The notes under the pieces are model-generated. The model ran no database searches and had not been told where the DNA came from. It saw only the letters and a list, made by a program, of their open reading frames with translations. DNA of 64,000 nt from Alphaproteobacteria bacterium. Lineage in GTDB: Bacteria; Pseudomonadota; Alphaproteobacteria; MPNO01. Location of the stretch: assembly GCA_965205995.1 (NCBI GenBank), contig OZ242200.1:952498-1016497 (forward strand). Reading direction: 5' to 3'. Shown here in pieces: positions 50,616-62,163 of this stretch; positions within the stretch are counted from its first letter, which is position 1; each line of letters starts with the position of its first letter. The translations under genes and the position numbers were made by a program.

Positions 50616-52097
50616 TCAGCCGCGCGGCCCCGGCCTCGCCTCGAAGGCGGCGGCCTTCTCGATCGCCCGGGCGGCGCGGAACATCGTTTCCTCGTCGAAG
50701 GCGCGGGCGACGATCTGCAATCCGAGCGGCAGCCCGCCCGAGGACAGCCCCGCCGGCACCGACATCGCGGGGAGCCCGGCGAGGCTCGCAGGCACCGTCA
50801 GCACGTCATTCAGATACATCGCGATCGGGTCGTCCAGTTTCTCGCCGATCGCGAACGCATCCGACGGACAGGTCGGCGTCAGCAGAAAATCGCAGGATTC
50901 GAAAGCGCCGGCGAAATCCTGCGCGACCAGGGTTCGCACCTTCTGGGCCTTGAGGTAATACGCGTCGTAGTAGCCGGCCGACAGCGCATAGGTTCCGATC
51001 AGGATGCGGCGGCGGACCTCGGCGCCGAACCCCGCGCCCCGGGTCCTCGCATAGGTGTCGATGAGGTCTTCTCCGTCGACCCTCCGGCCGTAGCGCACCC
51101 CGTCATAGCGCGCGAGGTTGGACGACGCCTCGGCGGGCGCGATCAGGTGGTAGGCCGGCAGCGCATACGCGGTGTGCGGCAGGCTGATTTCGACCGGTTC
51201 GGCGCCGGCATCCCTGAGCCACGCGATCCCCGAGTCCCACAGGGCGCGGATGTCGTCCGGCGTCTCGTCGAGCGAATACTCGGCCGGGATGCCAACCCTG
51301 AGACCGGCGACGCCATCCTCGAGCGTGGCCTCGAAATCGGGCACCTCGATATCGACGGAGGTCGAATCCCCGGGGTCGAATCCCGCCATCGCGCCCAGCA
51401 TGATCGCGGTGTCGCGAACGCTGCGCGCGATCGGGCCGGCCTGGTCGAGCGAGGACGCGAAGGCGACGATCCCCCAGCGCGAGCAGCGGCCGTAGGTCGG
51501 CTTGGCGCCGACCACGCCGCAGAACGCGGCCGGTTGGCGGATCGAACCGCCGGTGTCGGTCCCGGTCGCCCCGAGGCAAAGCCTGGCGGCGACCGCCGCG
51601 CCCGACCCGCCCGAGGATCCGCCGGGGACCAGCGGCCGGTTGTCGCTCTGCCGCCGCCAGGGGTTTTCCACCGGGCCGAAATGGCTGGTCTCGTTGGACG
51701 AGCCCATCGCGAATTCGTCGAGATTGAGCTTGCCGAGCATGACCGCGCCGGCGGCGAAGAGATTGGCGCTGACCGTCGATTCGTAGGGCGGCACGAAGCC
51801 GTCGAGAATCCCCGAGGCCGCGGTCGACATCACGCCCCGGGTGCAGAACAAATCCTTGATCCCGAGCGGAATTCCTTCCAGGGCGCCGGTGTCCCCGCGC
51901 CTCCTCCGGGCGTCGGAGGCCTCGGCGTCGGCGATCGCGCGCTCCGGCGTCTCGGTGATGAAGGCGTTGAGGGCGCGCGCGTCGGCGATCGCCTCGACAT
52001 GGGCCTCGGCGAGCTCGCGGGCGGAGATCTCGCCGCCGGCCAACCGGTCGCGCGCCGCCGCGATCGTGAGTTCGGTGAGCGCCCGGTCGGCCATCAT
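50616..52097 (-). CDS. gatA: amidotransferase subunit A
   Basis: [22 protein letters not shown] and [13 protein letters not shown] motifs. Confidence 0.96.
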   Translation of the reverse strand: MMADRALTELTIAAARDRLAGGEISARELAEAHVEAIADARALNAFITETPERAIADAEASDARRRRGDTGALEGIPLGIKDLFCTRGVMSTAASGILDGFVPPYESTVSANLFAAGAVMLGKLNLDEFAMGSSNETSHFGPVENPWRRQSDNRPLVPGGSSGGSGAAVAARLCLGATGTDTGGSIRQPAAFCGVVGAKPTYGRCSRWGIVAFASSLDQAGPIARSVRDTAIMLGAMAGFDPGDSTSVDIEVPDFEATLEDGVAGLRVGIPAEYSLDETPDDIRALWDSGIAWLRDAGAEPVEISLPHTAYALPAYHLIAPAEASSNLARYDGVRYGRRVDGEDLIDTYARTRGAGFGAEVRRRILIGTYALSAGYYDAYYLKAQKVRTLVAQDFAGAFESCDFLLTPTCPSDAFAIGEKLDDPIAMYLNDVLTVPASLAGLPAMSVPAGLSSGGLPLGLQIVARAFDEETMFRAARAIEKAAAFEARPGPRG

Positions 52098-52381
52098 TCG
52101 ATGACCTTGGGGACGGTGTAGAACGGGCCCGCCGCCTGCGGCGCGTTGGCCACCAGATCCTCGGCGATACCGCCCTCGGTGACCGCGTCGGGGCGCTGGC
52201 GGAGCGGCATCGGCTTGACCGCGGTCATCGGCGCGACGCCCTCGGTGTCGACCTCGTTGAGCAGCCCCATCCAGTCCAGGATCTTGCTGAGCTCGCCCGT
52301 CAGCTCCGCCATTTGCCCCTCGGGCACGTCGAGCCGCGCGAGCATCGCGATGCGGCGCACGGTGTCGGTATCGACCGCCAT
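52094..52381 (-). CDS. gatC: amidotransferase subunit C
   Basis: [10 protein letters not shown] and VPKVIE. Confidence 0.95.
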   Translation of the reverse strand: MAVDTDTVRRIAMLARLDVPEGQMAELTGELSKILDWMGLLNEVDTEGVAPMTAVKPMPLRQRPDAVTEGGIAEDLVANAPQAAGPFYTVPKVIE

Positions 52382-52507
52382 GTCTCGCTCTCCGAACCGT
52401 GGGTGGAGGTGGCGGGAACCTACATCCGGTCATGCGACCCGGCAAGCTGGCACCCATGCGCCGGGCCGTATATGAAAACGGCGCCGCGAACCGCAATCGG
52501 AGGTGTC

Positions 52508-52972
52508 TTGGCGATTGTCGATCTGGAGGCGCTGGCGCCGCGCGCGCGGCTGATGGCGCTGGATGTCGGGGAGAAGACCATCGGGATCGCGCTCGGCACG
52601 ACCGCCCTCGCCCTCGCCTCGCCGCTCGAAACCATCCGGCGCGGCAAGTTCGCCGCCGATGCCGGTCGGGTCTTCGCGCTCGTCGACGAGCACGGGGTGG
52701 ACGGCCTCGTGATCGGCCTGCCGATCAACATGGACGGCAGCGAGGGAAGGCGCTGCCAGTCGGTGCGGCAGTTCGCGGCCACTCTTCTGGCCCGGCGCGA
52801 CATCGCGGCCGCCTTCTGGGACGAGCGCCTTTCCACCGCCGCGGTGACGCGGACGATGATCGAGGCCGATCTGTCGCGGCGCAAACGCGCGGCGGCGGTC
52901 GACCGGCTCGCCGCGGCCTACATCCTCCAGGGCGCGCTGGACCGGATTCGCAATCTTTCTGACAACGACTGA
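52508..52972 (+). CDS. ruvX: YqgF/RuvX nuclease
   Basis: [17 protein letters not shown] and [10 protein letters not shown] motifs; start uncertain. Confidence 0.92.
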   Translation: MAIVDLEALAPRARLMALDVGEKTIGIALGTTALALASPLETIRRGKFAADAGRVFALVDEHGVDGLVIGLPINMDGSEGRRCQSVRQFAATLLARRDIAAAFWDERLSTAAVTRTMIEADLSRRKRAAAVDRLAAAYILQGALDRIRNLSDND

Positions 52973-52985
52973 ACGGAGAACCCAG

Positions 52986-53534
52986 ATGACAAGAGATACC
53001 AGGCGTATCGTCACCGGCCATGACGAGAACGGAAAGGCCATCGTGATCGCCGACGGGACGACGCCCAACGTGTTCAGGCCCGACCACCGGCCCGGGGTGC
53101 AGATCAACAATATCTGGCAGGTCGGCGAATCGCCGGCCCATCTCATGAGCCAGGAAGAGACGATGGAAGGCCGGATCGCGCTGGAGCCGCCGCCCAACGG
53201 GTCGATCTGCCGGGTGATCGAGTACGCGCCGGAAAAGGACTGGATCGACAACATCGACCGCGCGACGGCCCATGCGAGCTTCTCCCAGCTCGGCGCCGCC
53301 CATGCGGCGGACTCATCGGGAGACCCGCCCCATCCGCTGATGCACCGGACCGAGACGATCGATTACGCGATCTGCCTCGAAGGCGAGATCTGGCTCGTGC
53401 TCGACGATTCCGAGGTGCTCATGAAGGCGGGCGATGTCTGCGTGCAGCGCGGCACCAACCACGCCTGGTCGAACCGCTCGGACGCACCCTGCTTCATCTG
53501 CTTCGTGCTGATCGACGGAACCTTCGACGCGTGA
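52986..53534 (+). CDS. cupin domain protein
   Basis: RRIVTGHD, MHRTETIDY and QRGTNHAW motifs. Confidence 0.9.
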   Translation: MTRDTRRIVTGHDENGKAIVIADGTTPNVFRPDHRPGVQINNIWQVGESPAHLMSQEETMEGRIALEPPPNGSICRVIEYAPEKDWIDNIDRATAHASFSQLGAAHAADSSGDPPHPLMHRTETIDYAICLEGEIWLVLDDSEVLMKAGDVCVQRGTNHAWSNRSDAPCFICFVLIDGTFDA

Positions 53535-53558
53535 ACCCAAGAGCGCGGCGCCGTCCGG

Positions 53559-54692
53559 TCAGTGGACGGCCGCCTCGCGCTTGACATGCGGCAGCACCTC
53601 CTCGGCGATCCTGCGCATCATGCCGAGCTGATCCGGCGAGGCGATGACGAGCTGGAAGACCGTGACCCCGAGATCGATATAGCGGTTGATCTTCTCCGCC
53701 ATCTCCCTGCCGGATCCTGAGAGCGCCCAGCGATCCACCAGATCCGGGGAGGCTTTTTCCTTGCCGGGCGGCGGGCCGTGGAAGTCGGTGAGCTGGTTCT
53801 GCACCCCCTCCCACGCCTTGCGCGGGTCGTCGTCGCAATTGGCGAACCAGTTCATGCCCTTGACCGTCGGGCCGCCATAGACCGCGTCCGAGCCCGGCGG
53901 CTTCCCGGAATCCGCCGCGATGCGCTCGATATCGGCCCAGATTTCGCGGTACTCGTCGGGCGCCGGATGGACGGCGAGCCAGCCGTCGCCCTGCTCGGCG
54001 ATCACCTGGCGGATCCTGGGGCCCATCATCAGCGTGCCCGCGACCTTCTCGTTCCAGGTGTAGTGGTGGGCGCCGACGCCGTCGATCGGGACGTAGATGC
54101 CGCCGCCGACCAGGATCGGCGGCTTGTCGGAGGGGCGCGCGATCCCCAGCGTCATCTCGCCGAAGCAGAAGAACTCGCCGTCATAGGCGAACTTGTCCTC
54201 GGTCCACAGCCGGTTCATCACGTCCAGGCATTCGGCGAACAGGGCGGTGCGGCGGGCGAAGAACTGCCCCGGCTGCAGCGCCTCCTTGTTGGGTCCGCGC
54301 ACCGCGACCAGGGCGTCGAACTGGCGCTTGAAGATCGTCGACTTCCCCGCGCCGGTGCCGGCGCCGAGGATCGCGCGGCCCTCCGAGACCTCCCACAGCG
54401 TCGCCCATTGCTGGGCGACGTGAACCGGGTTGCGGATCTGCGGAATGAGGATGCCGGTGCAGAGCTTGATGCGGCTGGTCTGGGCGGCCGCGGCGGTCAG
54501 CGCCCCGATCGGGCAATAGGCCGCCGTGGTGCGGCGCCCGCCGAGCGCATCGTGCACCCAGACGGCGTCGAACCCCATCGCCTCGGCCTCGCGGGCGGCG
54601 TGCAGCAATTGCAGGAGATCGTAGGATTTCCCGGTGATCCCCATGGTGTTGTTGATCGACGTGCCGACGACGATCTCGTTGCCGAGTGCCAT
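53559..54692 (-). CDS. LLM-class flavin-dependent oxidoreductase
   Basis: EAMGFDAVWVHD, TSRIKLCTGI, PPILVGG and FQL..EEVLP motifs. Confidence 0.88.
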   Translation of the reverse strand: MALGNEIVVGTSINNTMGITGKSYDLLQLLHAAREAEAMGFDAVWVHDALGGRRTTAAYCPIGALTAAAAQTSRIKLCTGILIPQIRNPVHVAQQWATLWEVSEGRAILGAGTGAGKSTIFKRQFDALVAVRGPNKEALQPGQFFARRTALFAECLDVMNRLWTEDKFAYDGEFFCFGEMTLGIARPSDKPPILVGGGIYVPIDGVGAHHYTWNEKVAGTLMMGPRIRQVIAEQGDGWLAVHPAPDEYREIWADIERIAADSGKPPGSDAVYGGPTVKGMNWFANCDDDPRKAWEGVQNQLTDFHGPPPGKEKASPDLVDRWALSGSGREMAEKINRYIDLGVTVFQLVIASPDQLGMMRRIAEEVLPHVKREAAVH

Positions 54693-54834
54693 GAATGCGC
54701 CCCCTTCCCGGATTTCGACCGCTCGGATGCGACCATAGACGGCCGCGCCTGGCAATCAAGGCGCGGGTCGGGCGCTTTTCATTCCGCCCCCGAGGCCCGA
54801 TAATCGCGCCCGGCGCATCAACCGGCGAGGCAGC

Positions 54835-55479
54835 ATGTTCTACGAACCGCGAAACAACGATCACGGGCTTCCCTACAACCCGCTGAAGGCCTGCGTGCTC
54901 CCCAGGCCGATCGGCTGGATCTCGACCGTGGACGCCGATGGGGCGGTCAATCTCGCGCCTTTCAGCTTCTTCAACATGCTGAGCTACAACCCGCCCTATG
55001 TGCTGTTCTCGTCGGGCATGCACCCGGATTCGGCGCACAAGGACACGGTGCTCAACATCGAGCAGACCGGAGAGTTCGTCTACAACATGGCGACCTGGAA
55101 ACAGCGCGAGGCGATGAACCAGTCCGGCCTGATCGTCGAGCGCGGCGTCGACGAGCTGACCGCCGCGGGGCTCGAGCCGCTGCCCTCGAGCCTGGTGCGC
55201 CCGCCCCGGGTCAAGGGCGCCCCGGTCCATTTCGAATGCCGCCACTACCGGACGCTGGAGCTTCCCGGCAAAACCCCCCGGGCGGCGCACAGGGTAGTGC
55301 TCGGCGAGGTCATAGGGGTACATATCGACGACGAGGCGCTGACCGCCGAGGGGCTGGTGGATGTCGCGAGGATCCGCCCGCTCGGCCGGCTCGGCTACAA
55401 GGACTATGTGGCGGTCGAGACACTGTTCTCGATGGAAAAGGAGACCCCGGAAGAACGCATCGAACAGGCCGCCGAGTAG
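54835..55479 (+). CDS. flavin reductase family protein
   Basis: PRPIGWIST, NLAPFSFF and PLGRLG motifs. Confidence 0.9.
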   Translation: MFYEPRNNDHGLPYNPLKACVLPRPIGWISTVDADGAVNLAPFSFFNMLSYNPPYVLFSSGMHPDSAHKDTVLNIEQTGEFVYNMATWKQREAMNQSGLIVERGVDELTAAGLEPLPSSLVRPPRVKGAPVHFECRHYRTLELPGKTPRAAHRVVLGEVIGVHIDDEALTAEGLVDVARIRPLGRLGYKDYVAVETLFSMEKETPEERIEQAAE

Positions 55480-55497
55480 CCGGCACCCGGTGATCGG

Positions 55498-56112
55498 ATG
55501 ATCTATCCGATCAGCTGGGCGCATGCTGCGCCCTATCTCGGGACGGCCTTCGCGCTTGCCTATCTGCTGGGTTCGGTCCCTTTCGGTCTGATCCTCACGC
55601 GCCTCGCCGGGCTCGGCGACATCCGCGCGATCGGGTCGGGCAATATCGGCGCCACCAACGTGCTGCGGACCGGCTCGAAGCCGCTCGCCGGGCTGACGCT
55701 GCTGCTCGACGGCGGCAAGGGCGCGGCCGCCGTCCTGATCGCGATGCATTGGGGTCCCGATATCGCCATCGTCGCCGCGCTGGGCGTCCTGATCGGCCAC
55801 CTGTTTCCCGTCTGGCTCCGCTTCCGGGGCGGCAAGGGAGTGGCGACCGGGCTCGGAATCCTGCTCGGGCTGTCCTGGCCGGCGGGCGGGCTCGCCTGCC
55901 TCACCTGGTTGGCGGTCGCCGGCATCGTCCGCTACTCGTCGCTATCCGCGCTCGTCGCGTTCGGGCTCGCGCCGGTCTATCTCTGGCAGCTCGCAGATCC
56001 GCAGAAGATGGAGTTCTCGGTCCTCATGGCGGTGCTGGTCTGGCTGCGCCATTTCGGCAACATCCGCCGGCTGTTGACCGGTACGGAGCCGCGCATCGGC
56101 GGCGGCGGGTGA
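55498..56112 (+). CDS. plsY: glycerol-3-phosphate acyltransferase
   Basis: [18 protein letters not shown] and HFGNI motifs. Confidence 0.95.
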   Translation: MIYPISWAHAAPYLGTAFALAYLLGSVPFGLILTRLAGLGDIRAIGSGNIGATNVLRTGSKPLAGLTLLLDGGKGAAAVLIAMHWGPDIAIVAALGVLIGHLFPVWLRFRGGKGVATGLGILLGLSWPAGGLACLTWLAVAGIVRYSSLSALVAFGLAPVYLWQLADPQKMEFSVLMAVLVWLRHFGNIRRLLTGTEPRIGGGG

Positions 56113-57206
56113 CCGGACACCCCGACCGGCTGGCCCGGCTCAGGCTCGCCCGGAGCGAGGGGGTCGGGCCGCGCACCTACGGACAGCTGATGGCGCATTT
56201 CGGCGGCGCCGACGAGGCGCTCGACGCCCTGCCCGCGATGTCGGCGCGCGGCGGGCGGCGGCGTCCGCTCCGGCCCTGCCCGCAAGAGGAAGCCGACGCC
56301 GAGCTCGCCGCGCTCGAAGCGCTTGGCGGGCGAATGATCCTGATCGGCGATCCGGACTATCCGCAAGCCCTCGCGGCGATCCCCGACGCGCCGGCCGCGC
56401 TCTCCGTGCTCGGCGATGCCGCCCGCCTTGCGGCGCCGGCGATCGGCATGGTGGGGATGCGGAACGGCTCGGCGGTCGGGCGAAAATTCGCCCGCGGTCT
56501 CGCCGGCGACCTCGGCGCGGCGGGGATTGTCGTCGTGTCCGGCATGGCGCGCGGCATCGACAGCGCGGCCCATGAAGGATCGCTCGCGACGGGTTCCGTC
56601 GCCGTGCTTGCCGGCGGGGTCGACGTGCCCTATCCGCGCGAGAACGAGACGCTTTACCGCCGCCTGGCCGCCGAAGGCACGGTGGTCTCCGATCAGCGCC
56701 TCGGCACCGCGCCGACCGCGCGCCACTTCCCGCCGCGCAACCGGATCATTTCCGGGCTCTCGCTGGGTGTGGTGGTGGTGGAAGCCAATCTGCGCTCGGG
56801 CTCGCTGATCACCGCCCGGCTCGCCAACGAACAGGGAAGGATCGTCTTCGCCGTTCCCGGCTCGCCGCTCGATCCGCGGGCCGCCGGGCCCAACGACCTG
56901 CTGCGCCAGGGGGCGGTCCTGGTCGAGAGGGCGGACGATGTCGTCGCGGCCGTCGACGGCATGGCGGGGACCGTCCGCCCGGCGCCCGAATCGTCGGCCG
57001 ACAGCGGTGCCTTCACCGGGAGCGAGATCGACGAAAGCGCCCGCGGGATCGTGGTCGATCGTCTCGCTCACACACCGGTGACGGTTGACGAACTCGTTCG
57101 CGAATGCCAATTGTCAGCCGCATCGGTGCAGACCATCCTGCTCGAATTGGAGCTTGCAGGCCGCGTGTTGCGCCAGCCAGGGAACCGCGTGTCCCTGATA
57201 ACATGA
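56109..57206 (+). CDS. dprA: DNA-processing protein DprA
   Basis: [16 protein letters not shown] and SGSLITA motifs. Confidence 0.95.
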   Translation: MTGHPDRLARLRLARSEGVGPRTYGQLMAHFGGADEALDALPAMSARGGRRRPLRPCPQEEADAELAALEALGGRMILIGDPDYPQALAAIPDAPAALSVLGDAARLAAPAIGMVGMRNGSAVGRKFARGLAGDLGAAGIVVVSGMARGIDSAAHEGSLATGSVAVLAGGVDVPYPRENETLYRRLAAEGTVVSDQRLGTAPTARHFPPRNRIISGLSLGVVVVEANLRSGSLITARLANEQGRIVFAVPGSPLDPRAAGPNDLLRQGAVLVERADDVVAAVDGMAGTVRPAPESSADSGAFTGSEIDESARGIVVDRLAHTPVTVDELVRECQLSAASVQTILLELELAGRVLRQPGNRVSLIT

Positions 57207-57281
57207 AGAAACGGCAGGGTTTTTTGGGTCCGGGGACGGTCAATCGCCAGCCGGCAAGTGGATGAGCGGGCGCCGCGCGTA

Positions 57282-59849
57282 ATGGATGTCGTCGTCGTCG
57301 AATCGCCGACCAAGGCGAAGACCATCGCGAAATACGTCGCCGGCCGTTACGCCGTGTTCGCGAGCAATGGCCATGTCCGGGACCTGCCCGAAAAGGATGG
57401 GTCCGTCCTCCCGGATGACGGTTTCGCGATGCAGTGGCAGGTCGTTGCGCGGTCGCAGAAAAACCTTTCCGCGATCGTCAAGGCGGTCAAGCGCGCCCGG
57501 CATCTCTACCTCGCAACCGACCCCGATCGCGAGGGCGAGGCGATCTCCTGGCATGTCCACGCGGTGCTCGCCGAACAGGCGGCTCTCGAAGGCGTCGATG
57601 TCAAGCGGGTCGTGTTCCACGAGGTCACGGAGAGCGCCGTCAACGAGGCCCTGAGCCATCCCCGGGAACTCGACCAGGGGCTGGTCGACGCCTATCTCGC
57701 GCGCCGCGCGCTCGATTACCTCGTCGGCTTCACCCTCTCCCCCGTGCTGTGGCGCAAGCTGCCGGGCGCCCGCTCGGCCGGCCGGGTCCAGTCGGTCGCG
57801 CTCCGCCTGATCTGCGAGCGCGAGGCGGAGATCGAGATCTTCAAGCCGCGCGAATACTGGTCGGTCGAGGCCGAGTTCCTGACCGCGCGCAAGGCGACCG
57901 TGGCGGCCCGGCTTACCCATCTGAAGGGCGCCAAGCTGGACCGGTACGACATCCCGAACGAGGAAGCGGCGGCGGCGGCGGTGGCCGAGATCGAGCGCCA
58001 CGCATACGCCGTTTCCGCGATCGAGAAGAAACGGGTGCGGCGCAACCCGCAGCCGCCATTCACCACATCGACGCTGCAGCAGGAAGCCTCGCGCAAGCTG
58101 GGGTTCAGCGCCTCCAGGACCATGCGCACCGCGCAGCAGCTGTATGAGGGGATCGACCTCGGCGGCGAGACCGTGGGCCTCATCACCTATATGCGGACGG
58201 ACAGCATCAACCTCGCCAACGAAGCGCGCCAGGCGATGCGCCGGCTGATCGAGACGGAGTACGGACCCTCCTATGTTCCCGCGCGTCCCCATCGTTTCCG
58301 GACGCGCACCCGGAACGCGCAGGAGGCGCATGAGGCGATCCGCCCGACCGACGCCGGGCGCCGGCCGGCCTCGGTCGCCGGCGCGCTGGGCCGCGACGCG
58401 CTGCGGCTCTACGAGTTGGTCTGGACGCGCGCGGTGGCAAGCCAGATGGAAAGCGCGACCCTCGAGCAGGTCGCCGTGGACATCGCCTCGCCGGACCGGT
58501 CGGTCACCTTCCGCGCCACCGGCTCGGTGGTGCTGTTCGACGGCTTCCTGCGGCTTTACGAGGAAGGGCGCGACGACACGGCCGACAACGAGAACGAGCG
58601 CATCCTGCCGCCGATGGCGGAGGACGAGGAACTCGACCGCGGGAAGACCAGCCCGGAACAGCACTTCACCAAGCCGCCCCCGCGCTACTCGGAGGCGAGC
58701 CTGGTGCGCAGGCTGGAGGAGCTCGGCATCGGCCGTCCGTCGACCTACGCCAAGATCCTCGACGTCCTCCAGGAGCGCGACTATGTCCGGCTGGAGAGCC
58801 GGCGGTTCGTGCCGGAAGACCGGGGCCGCATCGTCACCGCGTTCCTGTCCGGCTTTTTCAACCGCTATGTCCAGTACAACTTCACCGCCGAGCTGGAGGA
58901 CGAGCTCGACGCGATCGCCAGGGGCGAACGCGAATGGCGCGCGGTGCTGGAGGAGTTCTGGCGGGGCTTTTCCGCCGCGGTCGGCGAGACAAAGGACCTC
59001 ACGGTCAGCAAGGTGATCGACGCGCTCGACGAGGATCTCGGGCCGCATTTCTTTCCGACCGACGGCAAGGACGGGGGGAGCCCGCGGAAATGCCCGGCCT
59101 GCGCGGACGGCCGGCTCGGGCTCAAGCTCGGCCGCAAAGGCGGGTTCGTGGGCTGTTCCAACTATCCCGATTGCGCCTTCACCCGTCCGCTCACGGTCAA
59201 CCCGGCGGATGAGGACGGTCTGGCGGGTCCGAGGACGCTCGGCGACGACCCCGGGACCGGAGAGGCGGTGACGCTGCGCAAGGGGCCTTACGGCTTCTAC
59301 GTCCAGGCCGGCGAAGCCAAGGACAAGCAGAAACCAAAGCGCTCTTCGCTGCTCAAGTCGATGAACCCCGAGGAGATCACGCTCGATCAGGCGCTGGCGC
59401 TTCTGTCGCTGCCGCGCGAAGTCGGCGTCCACCCGACGACGGGCAAGACGATCGCGGCGGGGCTCGGCCGTTACGGTCCCTATCTCCGCCATGACGGCCG
59501 GTATACGTCGCTGGGTCCCGACGAGGACCTTCTGACGATCGGCCTCAACCGCGCGGTGACCCTGATCGACGAAGCGCCGAAGCGGGGCGGGGCAAAGGCG
59601 CTGCGCGCGCTCGGCAACCATCCGGCGGACGGCAAGCCGGTCGAAATCCTCTCCGGCCGCTACGGTCCCTATGTCAAGCACGGGCGAACCAACGCCTCGC
59701 TGCCCAAGGACGAGGAGGTCGATTCGCTGACCATGGAAACCGCGGTCGCGCTTCTGGCCGCGCGCGCGGCCAAGGGCGGAGGCAAGCCCCGCACCAAGAC
59801 GGGCACCCGTGGCAGGAAGAAGGCCAAGACCGAAACGGCCGAAGCGTGA
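57282..59849 (+). CDS. topA: DNA topoisomerase I
   Basis: VESPTKAKTI, DPDREGE, SAGRVQS and ITYMRTD motifs. Confidence 0.97.
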   Translation: MDVVVVESPTKAKTIAKYVAGRYAVFASNGHVRDLPEKDGSVLPDDGFAMQWQVVARSQKNLSAIVKAVKRARHLYLATDPDREGEAISWHVHAVLAEQAALEGVDVKRVVFHEVTESAVNEALSHPRELDQGLVDAYLARRALDYLVGFTLSPVLWRKLPGARSAGRVQSVALRLICEREAEIEIFKPREYWSVEAEFLTARKATVAARLTHLKGAKLDRYDIPNEEAAAAAVAEIERHAYAVSAIEKKRVRRNPQPPFTTSTLQQEASRKLGFSASRTMRTAQQLYEGIDLGGETVGLITYMRTDSINLANEARQAMRRLIETEYGPSYVPARPHRFRTRTRNAQEAHEAIRPTDAGRRPASVAGALGRDALRLYELVWTRAVASQMESATLEQVAVDIASPDRSVTFRATGSVVLFDGFLRLYEEGRDDTADNENERILPPMAEDEELDRGKTSPEQHFTKPPPRYSEASLVRRLEELGIGRPSTYAKILDVLQERDYVRLESRRFVPEDRGRIVTAFLSGFFNRYVQYNFTAELEDELDAIARGEREWRAVLEEFWRGFSAAVGETKDLTVSKVIDALDEDLGPHFFPTDGKDGGSPRKCPACADGRLGLKLGRKGGFVGCSNYPDCAFTRPLTVNPADEDGLAGPRTLGDDPGTGEAVTLRKGPYGFYVQAGEAKDKQKPKRSSLLKSMNPEEITLDQALALLSLPREVGVHPTTGKTIAAGLGRYGPYLRHDGRYTSLGPDEDLLTIGLNRAVTLIDEAPKRGGAKALRALGNHPADGKPVEILSGRYGPYVKHGRTNASLPKDEEVDSLTMETAVALLAARAAKGGGKPRTKTGTRGRKKAKTETAEA

Positions 59850-59865
59850 GCGACCGGCAGCCGCC

Positions 59866-61893
59866 TTGAGACGCAGGAAGACGGCCACCCGCCGGCCAGG
59901 ACGTTCGGGCATCCGCGAAACCGCCGGGGCGGAAAAACCACGCGGCGGCCGCGGCGAATTGCCCCCGGTCGCGGTGCTGGAGGTCATCGACGTCGACGAA
60001 GACGGGGTCGCCTCGGCGCGGCCGGTCAGCGGATCCGGGAGGGGCGCAACGGCGTCCATCGAGTTGCTGCCCGACAGCCGCGAGGGTTCGGCCGTCGTTT
60101 CGGGCGACCGCATCCTCGCGCGGATCGAAAAGCTCGGACCCGAGTCATACCAGGCGCGCACGATTCGACGATTGCCGCAGGCGGAAGACCGAAGCGTGGT
60201 CGGCATCTTCCGGCGGGTCGGCGGATATGGCCGGCTGGACCCCACCAGCCGGCGCGTCAAGACCTCGTTCGCGATAGCCAACCGCGATTGCATGGACGCG
60301 AGGCCGGGCGAGCTGGTGCGGGCGGAGACCGTGCCCGGCCGGCGGCTCGGCCTGCCCCGGGCCCGTGTGATCGAGACCCTGGGCCGTGGCGCCCCGCACA
60401 AGACGGCGAGCCTGATCGCGATCGCCGAGCACCGCATTCCCGACCGCTTCCCGGACGAGGCGATCGCCGAAGCGGAGTCCGCCGGCGCCGCGCCGCTCGG
60501 ACAGCGCGAGGACCTTCGGGACATCCCTCTGGCGACCGTCGACGGCGAGGACGCGCGGGATTTCGACGACGCGATCTGGGCTGAAGCCGACCCCGCGGGC
60601 GGCTACCATATGATCGTCGCGATCGCCGATGTCGCCTGGTATGTCCGGCCCGGCTCCGCGCTGGACGAATCGGCGCGGCTGCGCGGCAATTCGGTCTATT
60701 TTCCCGACCGGGTCGTGCCGATGCTGCCGGAGGCGCTGTCGAACCACTGGTGCTCGCTCAGGCCGGGCGAGGACCGGCCCTGCCTCGCGGTCCATCTGTG
60801 GATCGATTCGCAAGGCCGCAAGCGCCGGCACCGCTTCGTCCGCGGGTTGATGCGCTCGGCCGCGCGCCTGACCTATTCGGAGGTCCAGGCGACGATCGAG
60901 GGCGCCCGCCCGGCGCATGCGGGCGCTTCCGGGATGGAAGCCTGTCACCTTGCATTCACGGCGCTGAGCCTGGCGCGGCGCGCCCGCGGCACCCTCGACC
61001 TCGACATCCCGGAACGCCGGATCAGCTTCGCCGAAGACGGTTCGATCGCGGCCATCGAACGCCGCCGGACGCTCGACGCCCATCGCCTGATCGAAGAATT
61101 CATGATCGCCGCCAACGTGGCCGCGGCCGAGATGCTGGAAGCGGAGCGCGCGCTTTGCGTCTATCGCGTCCACGACAGCCCGGGCGATGACCGGATCGAA
61201 GCACTGCGGGAAGTTCTGGCGAGCCTCGGTCTGAACCTCGCGCGAGGCGGGGCTCTGCGGGCCAGCCATTTCTCCCGCTTGCTCGACCGGGTCGCCGGCA
61301 CGCCCGAGGCCGAGCTGGTCAGCGAAGCGATCCTCAGGGCGCAAGCGCAGGCGGCCTACAGCACCGGCAATATCGGCCATTTCGGACTGGCGCTCGACCG
61401 CTACGCCCATTTTACCTCGCCGATCCGCCGCTATGCCGATCTCATGGTTCACCGCGCGTTGATCGCCGCCTGCGGGCTCGGGGAGGACGGGCTCGACGGC
61501 GACGGGCGGGATCGGGCGGAAACGACCGCCAAACATATTTCCGCCACCGAGCGTCGCGCGGCAGCGGCCGAGCGCGACGCGGTCGATCGGCTATGCGCGA
61601 TCTATCTCGCCGACCGGGTGGGCGGCGAATTCGCCGCCAGAATCACGGGGATCACCCGCGCCGGGCTGTTCGTCCGGATGGAGGAGACCGGCGCCAGCGC
61701 CCTCGTGCCGCTTTCGAGCCTGCCGTTCGGACCGCTGCGGGTGGACAGGACGGGGCTTCGATTGTCCGACCGGCGGGGCGTGGCGATCGCCACCCTGGGC
61801 GATGCGCTCCGGGTGCGGTTGGCCGAGGTCCACCGGGCCACCGGATCGCTGGTCTGCTCGGTGCTTTGGGACGACTCTCCGCCGCGGCCTTGA
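59866..61893 (+). CDS. rnr: ribonuclease R
   Basis: DARDFDDA and HFTSPIRRYADL motifs; start uncertain. Confidence 0.92.
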   Translation: MRRRKTATRRPGRSGIRETAGAEKPRGGRGELPPVAVLEVIDVDEDGVASARPVSGSGRGATASIELLPDSREGSAVVSGDRILARIEKLGPESYQARTIRRLPQAEDRSVVGIFRRVGGYGRLDPTSRRVKTSFAIANRDCMDARPGELVRAETVPGRRLGLPRARVIETLGRGAPHKTASLIAIAEHRIPDRFPDEAIAEAESAGAAPLGQREDLRDIPLATVDGEDARDFDDAIWAEADPAGGYHMIVAIADVAWYVRPGSALDESARLRGNSVYFPDRVVPMLPEALSNHWCSLRPGEDRPCLAVHLWIDSQGRKRRHRFVRGLMRSAARLTYSEVQATIEGARPAHAGASGMEACHLAFTALSLARRARGTLDLDIPERRISFAEDGSIAAIERRRTLDAHRLIEEFMIAANVAAAEMLEAERALCVYRVHDSPGDDRIEALREVLASLGLNLARGGALRASHFSRLLDRVAGTPEAELVSEAILRAQAQAAYSTGNIGHFGLALDRYAHFTSPIRRYADLMVHRALIAACGLGEDGLDGDGRDRAETTAKHISATERRAAAAERDAVDRLCAIYLADRVGGEFAARITGITRAGLFVRMEETGASALVPLSSLPFGPLRVDRTGLRLSDRRGVAIATLGDALRVRLAEVHRATGSLVCSVLWDDSPPRP

Positions 61894-61917
61894 CAGCGCG
61901 AAGCCGGCCCTTATCTT
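61890..61917 (+). promoter_or_regulatory. probable sigma70 promoter of rpmG
   Basis: TTGACA-N16-TATCTT. Confidence 0.5.
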
Positions 61918-61953
61918 CGGCCGCAGACCGAACGGGTTGCAGAGAGCAGTACC

Positions 61954-62121
61954 ATGGCCAAGCCGACAACGACCCTGATCAAGCTCGTGAGCTCCGCGGA
62001 TACCGGCTACTACTACATCGCCAAGAAGAACACGCGGACGACGACGGGAAAGCTCGAATTCCGGAAATACGATCCGGTCGCGCGCAAGCACGTCCTGTTC
62101 AAGGAATCCAAGATCCGGTAG
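61954..62121 (+). CDS. rpmG: 50S ribosomal protein L33 (no Zn-ribbon cysteines)
   Basis: Not in the ORF track; [26 protein letters not shown]...[18 protein letters not shown]. Confidence 0.96.
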   Translation: MAKPTTTLIKLVSSADTGYYYIAKKNTRTTTGKLEFRKYDPVARKHVLFKESKIR

Positions 62122-62163
62122 GCACGCGGCCCGCTTCCCGAGCGGCGCCCCGCAAACCCTGTT

